A stretch of DNA of 64,000 bases from assembly GCA_043228905.1 (NCBI GenBank), contig JBHGNT010000023.1, positions 310,001 to 374,000 of the forward strand. The letters are read 5' to 3'. The position numbers and the translations under genes are program-made. A model generated the notes under the pieces. The model saw nothing but the letters and a program-made list of their open reading frames with translations. It was not told the origin of the DNA and did no database searches. The DNA is from Azolla caroliniana (taxonomy: Eukaryota; Plantae; Polypodiophyta). Positions within the stretch are counted from its first letter, which is position 1, and each line of letters begins with the position of its first letter. This document shows positions 63,801 through 64,000 of this stretch, in pieces.

Positions 63801-64000
63801 TAGTAAATTACATGAGGGAGTTGAGAAGAGCGCGTGAGTAAATTAAAATGTTCATAGCTGGCTCCTGTGATATCGGATTTTAGTGTTCAAACATGCGAAT
63901 CGAAGCTAACAACACTAGCTATGATATGGAATTAAAAAATCAAGATTTTGAAACTTGGGTCGAGAGACATCAAGAAATTAGTAAATTACATGAGGGAGTT

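Larger units (their letters stand above)
1..64000. repeat. Tandem satellite array, 178-bp monomer, about 360 head-to-tail copies; probable centromeric/pericentromeric satellite, extends beyond both window ends
   Basis: Monomer start TGGAAT recurs at 1, 179, 357 and onward (period 178). Approximate consensus: TGGAATTAAAAAATCAAGATTTTGAAACTCAGGTCGAGAGACATGAAGAAATTAGTAAATTAGGGGAGGGAGTTGASAAGAGCGCGTGAGTAAATTAAAATGTTCATASCTGGCTCGTGTGATMYCGGATTTTWGTGTTCAAASATGCGAATCGAAGCTAACAACACTAGCTATGATA. Monomer 1 has 66 G+C in 178 nt. No non-satellite sequence seen. The centromeric assignment is inference from monomer length and array organisation. Confidence 0.98.

Noticed and set aside
1-64000. CRISPR-like or other repeat-spacer array
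   Set aside because: No unique spacers: the full 178 bp is repeated with only scattered substitutions, and there are no cas or other genes.
1-64000. Transposon insertion or large strand inversion within the array
   Set aside because: Read end to end, I found no non-satellite segment longer than 9 nt and no orientation switch other than the 16-bp fold-back at 13975.

Overview
The whole 64-kb window is one uninterrupted head-to-tail satellite DNA array of a 178-bp monomer (about 360 copies, all in the same orientation, about 37% GC, purine-rich + strand). I found no genes, RNA genes, transposon insertions or CRISPR arrays, and the single 68-aa ORF is a chance reading frame through satellite monomers. 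Monomer length, array size and CpG-type variants fit a eukaryotic, plausibly plant, centromeric or pericentromeric satellite, but I cannot name the family or species from the sequence. The internal structure is informative: (1) local higher-order repeats of 2, 3, 5, 6, 7 and 12 monomers, including five consecutive 1245-bp periods whose content changes while the period is kept; (2) more divergent and mutually related layers at the two ends flanking a homogeneous middle; (3) about ten junction scars, nearly all with 2-4 nt microhomology, including a ~410-bp patch at 13975-14390 bounded by an inverted and a direct templated insertion copied from the same motif; (4) a quasi-palindromic half of the monomer where most deletions fall. 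All positions were counted by eye, so block boundaries are approximate.
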